Translations under genes and position numbers: made by a program
Notes under the pieces: model-generated
What the model was told of the DNA's origin: nothing
The model's database searches: none
What the model saw: only the letters and a program-made list of their open reading frames with translations
Source: an uncultured Acidobacteriota bacterium
GTDB lineage: Bacteria > Acidobacteriota > UBA6911 > RPQK01 > JAPXNP01
Assembly: GCA_963777605.1 (NCBI GenBank)
Contig: CAVZRV010000029.1
Span: forward strand, 160,001-224,000
Length of the DNA stretch: 64,000 bases
Reading direction: 5' to 3'
Shown here: positions 58,387 to 64,000 of the stretch, in pieces
Layout: the number at the start of each line of letters is the position of its first letter
Numbering within the stretch: the stretch's first letter is position 1

Positions 58387-60420
58387 ATGAGCCATTCCAT
58401 GCGAGCGTTCAGACGAATGGGTCTGGTCGTCCTCCTGTTGGCCGCTGCCATAGGACTGACTGCGGCCGTAGTCAAGGACGGCGGATATACGCCGTTCGAC
58501 AAGGAGTACTACCTGACCGATGAACAGGTGGCGTTCATACGTCCCGGTTTCACTGCTGAGATCGTGGACTATGCCATCGCCGCCGACGGCACCGTCTCGG
58601 TGGTCTACACCCTGAAGGATTCCGGCGGACTGCCGCTGGATCAGGACGGTGTAGACACCCCGGGGTCGATTCGCATCAGTTTCATCATCGCGTCCATTCC
58701 GGCGGACAAGGATCACTATGTCGCGTATACGACCCGTTCGGTGACCAGCCCCATCACGGGTGTAACGGCCATTCAGCCGACCTCGGATTCCGGCGGGGCC
58801 ACCGAGGAAATCGAGGGCGGGACATATCGGTATACCTTTGGTGACAAGTTGCCTCAGGGCTACGACCGGGATGCCACGCATTCGATCGGTTTCTATTCCC
58901 AGCGTGACCTCTCCGAGTTCAACCTGGGTTCCCCGGTGTCGGACGGCGTGGTCACGTTCGTTCCGAGTGGCGCCGATGTGACCAAGATCCGCCAGTTGTC
59001 GACCGACGCGGCCTGTGCCCAGTGTCATGACAACCTGATCGCCCACGGGCGGCGGCACAGTCTTGACCTGTGCATCATGTGCCACTACGACGGTGTGATC
59101 GATCCGGATTCGGAGAACTCGGTTGACATGCGGATCATGGTTCACAAGATCCACATGGGCGAGAACCTGCCCAGCGTTCAGGCCGGCACCCCGTACCAGA
59201 TCATCGGCCACAACCAGTCGGTGGCCGATTTCTCCACCGTTGTGTTTCCGCAGGATATTCGTCACTGCGACACCTGCCACGTCGCCGACGCGGCCCAGAG
59301 TGAGGACTGGTATACGGAGCCCACCCGGGCGGCCTGCGGTTCCTGCCACGACAACGTGGATTTCGCTTCGGGCGAGAACCATCTTGGTGGACCGACGATT
59401 TCGGACACCTACTGCGCGAACTGCCACTTCCCGGAAGGGGAATTGGAGTTTGACGCCTCAATCAAGGGTGGGCACACGATACCGACAGAGTCCAAGCTCT
59501 TGACCGGTGTGGTTGTCGATATCCTTGATGTCTCCAGCGGTGGACCCGGCACTTCTCCCACGATCCTGTTCACAGTTACCGACAAGGCCGGCCAGGATTT
59601 GCCGCTATCCGAACTGGATCGACTTCGCTTCCAGATTGCGGGACCAACGACCGATTACGCCTCGGTTGTCAGGGAGGATGCACTTGGCTTGGTAGCTCCT
59701 GCCGGCCAGATCCGGACGGCAGCGGAAATGATGGCGACTGAGTATGTGTACACTACCGAATGGGTCATACCTGCTGATGCTGAGGGCACCTATGCGGTGG
59801 GCCCGGAAGTGCGAAAGACGGTTACGCTCTATCCGGGGACAACGATTGAGCAGGCGAATGTCAGAGACACGTCCGAAAATCCGGTTTTCTACTTTGCCGT
59901 AACCGACGCGGAGCCTGTACCCAGGCGGTTGATCGTGGACGACGCGAAGTGCGAAACCTGCCACCGCAACCTTGCGTTGCACGGTGGAGGGCGTCACAAT
60001 GCTTCAGAGTACTGCCAGTTCTGTCACAACCCGGTGGAAGATACCGGGGGAGACTCGCCGCGGTCGATATCCTTCCAGTTCATGGTTCATCGCATTCATA
60101 TGGGAGAGGAACTGACCCGAGACTTCACAATCGGACGCTCGAATTTCAATGAGGTTCGGTATCCGAGCAGTCGGGCCAACTGCGCGAAGTGTCATATCGA
60201 CGAAACCTACAGTGTTCCGGTTGCAGGAATCCTGCCGATCTCGGACGAGAACGAGTTCTTCAGCCCGATTCCGCCGAACTCGGCGGCCTGCCTCGGTTGC
60301 CACGACACGGTTGACGCTGCGTCGCATGCTTTCACGAACATCGCTCCTTTCGGAGAGGGTTGTGGGGCATGCCATGCTGCCGAGCGTGAATTTGCGGTAG
60401 CCAGGGTTCATGCAGAATAG
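58387..60420 (+). CDS. OmcA/MtrC-family decaheme cytochrome c, copy 1
   Basis: RBS AAGGAGG. 10 CxxCH in a 5+5 arrangement separated by a heme-free beta domain; MVHKIHMG and FPQDIR motifs. Confidence 0.9.
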   Translation: MSHSMRAFRRMGLVVLLLAAAIGLTAAVVKDGGYTPFDKEYYLTDEQVAFIRPGFTAEIVDYAIAADGTVSVVYTLKDSGGLPLDQDGVDTPGSIRISFIIASIPADKDHYVAYTTRSVTSPITGVTAIQPTSDSGGATEEIEGGTYRYTFGDKLPQGYDRDATHSIGFYSQRDLSEFNLGSPVSDGVVTFVPSGADVTKIRQLSTDAACAQCHDNLIAHGRRHSLDLCIMCHYDGVIDPDSENSVDMRIMVHKIHMGENLPSVQAGTPYQIIGHNQSVADFSTVVFPQDIRHCDTCHVADAAQSEDWYTEPTRAACGSCHDNVDFASGENHLGGPTISDTYCANCHFPEGELEFDASIKGGHTIPTESKLLTGVVVDILDVSSGGPGTSPTILFTVTDKAGQDLPLSELDRLRFQIAGPTTDYASVVREDALGLVAPAGQIRTAAEMMATEYVYTTEWVIPADAEGTYAVGPEVRKTVTLYPGTTIEQANVRDTSENPVFYFAVTDAEPVPRRLIVDDAKCETCHRNLALHGGGRHNASEYCQFCHNPVEDTGGDSPRSISFQFMVHRIHMGEELTRDFTIGRSNFNEVRYPSSRANCAKCHIDETYSVPVAGILPISDENEFFSPIPPNSAACLGCHDTVDAASHAFTNIAPFGEGCGACHAAEREFAVARVHAE

Positions 60421-60765
60421 CCGCTGAAGCGCGGCGACTGGGGGCATCGTTTGGCTTTTTTCAGAAAGGAATCAGAATCGCATTTGTGTCTGCACATTCG
60501 AGGTTCCTGGCGGATGAATTCCTGGTCGCCCGATGCCGGCGACCGCGATGGCCAAATTGGCGAACGGGCGATTGCCCGCTCTGTCGCGAACCTCTTCAGG
60601 TCACGGAATGTGCAAGTCCTGGGTGCAGGAGTTGGCGATAAGCCCCAGGTTGAATGAGAAGTTGGTCAGAACTCCCAGGCCGATCCGAAGGCTGAGACCA
60701 ATGCACGAATCCGAAAGGGTGTTGGATTGGGCGCGGTCGCTGTAAACTCCTCCAGGAGGGACGGG

Positions 60766-60780
60766 TGGATCGAGTCTTGC
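60766..60780 (+). promoter_or_regulatory. Candidate sigma54 promoter for the second mtrC-like gene
   Basis: TGGATCGAGTCTTGC has GG-N10-GC spacing with TTGC, and two mismatches to TGGCACG. Confidence 0.45.
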
Positions 60781-60897
60781 GTTCGTTTTTTTCAGGTTGA
60801 AAAATCGAACTGCCTGTGGGATTGTTTAAGTGTTCTTTTTTCCGTTCCCCTGGGGAGGGGAGCCTATTACTGTGTCTTTTGAAGGAGGGGAGTGTTA

Positions 60898-62937
60898 ATG
60901 AGCCATTCCATGCGAGCGTTCAGACGAATGGGTCTGGTCGTTCTCCTGTTGACTGCTGCCATAGGATTGACTGCGGCCGTAGTCAAGGACGGCGGATATA
61001 CGCCGTTCGACAAGGAGTACTACCTGACCGATGACCAGGTGTCGTTCATACGTCCCGGTTTCACTGCCGAGATCGTGGACTACGCCATCGCCGACGACGG
61101 CACCGTGTCTGTTGTTTACACACTAAAGGATTCCGGCGGACTGCCGCTGGATCAGGACGGTGTATACACGCCGGGGTCGATTCGCATCAGTTTCATCATC
61201 GCGTCCATTCCGGCGGACAAGGATCACTATGTCGCGTATACGACCCGTTCGGTGACCAGCCCCATCTCGGGCGTAACGGCCATTCAGCCGACCTCGGATT
61301 CCGGCGGGACCACCGAGGAAATCGAGATTGGGACGTACCGGTATACCTTTGGTGACAAGTTGCCTCAGGGCTACGACCGGGATACCACGCATTCGATCGG
61401 TTTCTATTCCCAGCGTGACCTCTCCGAGTTCAACCTGGGTTCCCCGGTATCGGACGGCGTGGTCACGTTCGTTCCGAGTGGCGCCGATGTGACCAAGATC
61501 CGCCAGTTGTCGACCGACGCGGCCTGTGCCCAGTGTCATGACAACCTGATCGCCCATGGGCGCCGGCACAGTCTCGATCTCTGTGTCATGTGCCACTACG
61601 ACGGTGTGATCGATCCGGATTCGGAGAACTCGGTTGACATGCGGATCATGGTTCACAAGATCCACATGGGCGAGAACCTGCCCAGCGTTCAAGCCGGCAC
61701 TCCGTATCAGATCATCGGCCACCTCCAGTCGGTTGCCGATTACTCGGAAGTGGTCTTTCCGCAGGATATTCGCAATTGCACGACCTGCCACGTGGCAGAC
61801 GCGGCGCAGAGCGAAGCCTGGTATCTCGACCCCACCCGGGCGGCCTGCGGTTCCTGCCACGACAACGTGGATTTCGCTTCGGGCGAGAACCATGCCGGTG
61901 GACCGTCCATCTCGGACAGCTACTGCGCCAACTGCCACTTCCCGGAAGGGGAACTGGAATTTGACGCTTCGATCAAGGGCGCCCACACCGTTCCGACTGC
62001 CTCCAGGCAGCTGGCCGGCGTCCACATCGACATCCTTGACGTGACCAACACGGGACCGGGTGAGAACCCGACCGTCTTGTTCCACATCAGCGACGATGCC
62101 GGGGACACCATCGCACCGTCCGACCTCAACTTCTTCAACCTGCTGCTGGCCGGTCCCACGACCGACTACACATCGACTGTCAGTGAAGCTGCGGCGGCAG
62201 GAGCGGTTGCGGCCGGCGACGGCGATTACACTTACACCTTCAGCGCGGCGATTCCGGAAGATGCCACTGGCACCTTTGTGGTCGGCGCCGAAGGTCGGAA
62301 GGATGTCACGCTGAATCCGGGAACGACCAAGGAGATGAGTGTCCGCGATTCCGACAAGACCAACCAGGTCTTCTACATCGCAGTCACCGATCCGGAACCG
62401 GTACCGCGGCGCGTGATCGTGGATGACGCCAAGTGCGAGTCCTGCCATAAGAACCTGGCGCTCCACGGCGACAACCGTCACAATGCGACCGCCTACTGCC
62501 AGGTCTGCCATCGGCCGAACGCGGACGATTCTCCATACCGGCCGGCGGATGACTTCCCGGCCCGGGGCATCGACTTCCGGTTCATGGTTCACCGCATCCA
62601 TATGGGTGAGGAACTGACGCGCGACTACACGATCGTCGGTTACCACGGCAGCCTGAACAACTACAACAGCGTTCTCTACCCGAGCGACCGGCGCGATTGC
62701 ACCATGTGCCACGTGGACGAGACTTACAACGTCCCGTCGGCCGGTGTCCAGCCGGTGGTGGATGAGAACGAATTCTTCAGCCCGATTCCGCCGAACTCGG
62801 CGGCTTGTCTGGGTTGTCACGACACGGTCGACGCCGCGTCGCATGCTTTCACCAACCTCTCTCCGTTCGGGGAAGGCTGCGGGGCGTGCCACGCTGCCGA
62901 ACGTGAGTTCGCAGTTGCCAGGGTCCACGCCGACTAA
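60898..62937 (+). CDS. OmcA/MtrC-family decaheme cytochrome c, copy 2
   Basis: 10 CxxCH (5+5). The 5' half is nearly identical to copy 1, including the RBS region. Confidence 0.9.
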   Translation: MSHSMRAFRRMGLVVLLLTAAIGLTAAVVKDGGYTPFDKEYYLTDDQVSFIRPGFTAEIVDYAIADDGTVSVVYTLKDSGGLPLDQDGVYTPGSIRISFIIASIPADKDHYVAYTTRSVTSPISGVTAIQPTSDSGGTTEEIEIGTYRYTFGDKLPQGYDRDTTHSIGFYSQRDLSEFNLGSPVSDGVVTFVPSGADVTKIRQLSTDAACAQCHDNLIAHGRRHSLDLCVMCHYDGVIDPDSENSVDMRIMVHKIHMGENLPSVQAGTPYQIIGHLQSVADYSEVVFPQDIRNCTTCHVADAAQSEAWYLDPTRAACGSCHDNVDFASGENHAGGPSISDSYCANCHFPEGELEFDASIKGAHTVPTASRQLAGVHIDILDVTNTGPGENPTVLFHISDDAGDTIAPSDLNFFNLLLAGPTTDYTSTVSEAAAAGAVAAGDGDYTYTFSAAIPEDATGTFVVGAEGRKDVTLNPGTTKEMSVRDSDKTNQVFYIAVTDPEPVPRRVIVDDAKCESCHKNLALHGDNRHNATAYCQVCHRPNADDSPYRPADDFPARGIDFRFMVHRIHMGEELTRDYTIVGYHGSLNNYNSVLYPSDRRDCTMCHVDETYNVPSAGVQPVVDENEFFSPIPPNSAACLGCHDTVDAASHAFTNLSPFGEGCGACHAAEREFAVARVHAD

Positions 62938-62977
62938 GGGCTGAGGCTCGAGGCTACACGACGCAGGTTGTAGCGTC

Positions 62978-63015
62978 AGCCAGAGGGGGACGGAAAGTCC
63001 CCCTCTGGCTTTTTT
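62978..63015 (+). terminator. Intrinsic terminator between mtrC-like copy 2 and mtrA-like gene
   Basis: GCCAGAGGGGGAC-GGAAA-GTCCCCCTCTGGC followed by TTTTTT. Confidence 0.85.
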
Positions 63016-63038
63016 GACGAATAGGAGTCTAAGATTTC

Positions 63039-63878
63039 ATGCGCGCTCTCACTTTGCTGGTTCTTGCCGGCTGGGCCCTCGCCGGTCCGGCTCTGGCGGC
63101 CGAAGAGGCCGAGTTGGTGGGCAAGGACACTTGCCTCATGTGTCACGAACTTTCGACCGGATTCCTCTCCAGTGTCCATTCAGACAAGGAGTGTGAATCC
63201 TGCCACGGGCCGGGGAGCGCTCACGTTGATGCCGGTGGCGATGTCTCGCTGATTCGGGGGCCTGGGGCCGCCAACTGGAGTGGTACCTGTCTTTCCTGCC
63301 ATGCGACCGGGGAAGGGGAAATCGGCCATTTCCAGTCGTCACCGCACGGAAAGAACAAGGTTGCCTGCATCGATTGCCACCAGATCCACCAGGAGAAATC
63401 GAGTTTCCGGCTGACGAAGGCGTCTGATCCGGAGCTGTGCGTGAGTTGCCATTCCTCTGTGGAGGCGGCTTTTCGGAAGCCCTTTCACCACCCCGTACTC
63501 GAGGGCGGCATGAAGTGCAGCGACTGCCATAACCCGCACTCGGACAAGACCGAGTCGATGCGGCGGCTGGAAATCGTTTCCGCCAATGGTTGTGCATCCT
63601 GCCACGCCGACAAGAAGGGGCCCTTTGTCTTCACTCACGCGGCAGTCGAGACCGGGGGATGCCTCACCTGCCACCAGAATCACGGAAGTTTCAACTCAAA
63701 GATGCTCGTGCGCAATGATGTCTTTCAGTTGTGTCTCGAATGCCACACGCTCACACCGGGAGTGGCGGCAACTCAGCCTCCCTCGTTTCACGACATTCGC
63801 AGCCCGCGCTACCGGAATTGCACAACCTGTCACCGGGAGATCCACGGTTCCAACGTGAATCCCCTGTTCTTGCGCTAG
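63039..63878 (+). CDS. mtrA: DmsE/MtrA-family periplasmic decaheme cytochrome c
   Basis: Signal peptide, 10 CxxCH, CESCHGPGSAH, HHPVLEG, KKGPFVFTH, CTTCHREIHGSN. Confidence 0.9.
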   Translation: MRALTLLVLAGWALAGPALAAEEAELVGKDTCLMCHELSTGFLSSVHSDKECESCHGPGSAHVDAGGDVSLIRGPGAANWSGTCLSCHATGEGEIGHFQSSPHGKNKVACIDCHQIHQEKSSFRLTKASDPELCVSCHSSVEAAFRKPFHHPVLEGGMKCSDCHNPHSDKTESMRRLEIVSANGCASCHADKKGPFVFTHAAVETGGCLTCHQNHGSFNSKMLVRNDVFQLCLECHTLTPGVAATQPPSFHDIRSPRYRNCTTCHREIHGSNVNPLFLR

Positions 63879-63887
63879 AGGATCATC

Positions 63888-64000
63888 ATGAACAGCAGAT
63901 TCACATCCCTATATGTTTTGATTCTTTTACTGGCCGGGGGATTGCTGACCATGAACTCGGTGGCTCAAGATGATTCGTCGAAGGACGAACTCCGGCTCAA
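63888..64000 (+). CDS. 5' fragment of a secreted protein, probably an MtrB/PioB-type porin
   Basis: MNSRFTSLYVLILLLAGGLLTMNSVAQDD... is a signal peptide starting 9 nt after mtrA. The identity is inferred from synteny only. Confidence 0.5.
   Translation, partial: MNSRFTSLYVLILLLAGGLLTMNSVAQDDSSKDELRL

Noticed and set aside
60421-60897. GEMM-I cyclic dinucleotide riboswitch or FNR/CRP box before mtrC copy 2
   Set aside because: No GGCAAAC...GACGCAAAG pattern and no TTGAT-N4-ATCAA or TGTGA-N6-TCACA with correct spacing.
61123-62928. Long antisense ORFs (601 aa here; also 37223-38956, 5914-7341, 19834-21054 and others)
   Set aside because: These are typical shadow ORFs of high-GC coding strands, with no recognisable motifs.

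Overview
High-GC bacterial window. The gene content and the protein families suggest Acidobacteriota, but this is inference only. The left ~49 kb is mostly metabolic and housekeeping: 2-oxoacid:ferredoxin oxidoreductase beta, a large secreted LRR/beta-propeller protein, ackA, GH2, a nadQ-nadABC locus with its operator, tyrS, GH78, pfkA, tricorn protease, hom, a sirtuin, an AddAB-like pair, a sigma54 two-component pair and E2/lpdA. Five single-base frameshifts all fall in the first 18 kb and are probably consensus errors. The right ~13.3 kb (50685-64000) is the most interesting part, a compact extracellular electron transfer (EET) island with 49 CxxCH motifs. It holds a 19-heme CbcL-like cytochrome c/b fusion built from a duplicated 8-heme module, a hemerythrin, an unannotated 32-aa membrane peptide and a Cys-bearing XRE regulator. 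It also holds an AhbD/NirJ-like radical SAM enzyme, HemY, two tandem mosaic decaheme MtrC/OmcA paralogs without a lipobox, a decaheme MtrA/DmsE and the start of a probable MtrB porin. Non-coding signals include a 6S-like rod RNA candidate opposite tyrS, REPIN-like elements with a shared ~45-bp motif, two sigma54-type promoters in the EET island and several apparently leaderless promoters. No tRNA, rRNA, CRISPR array or transposase was recognised.
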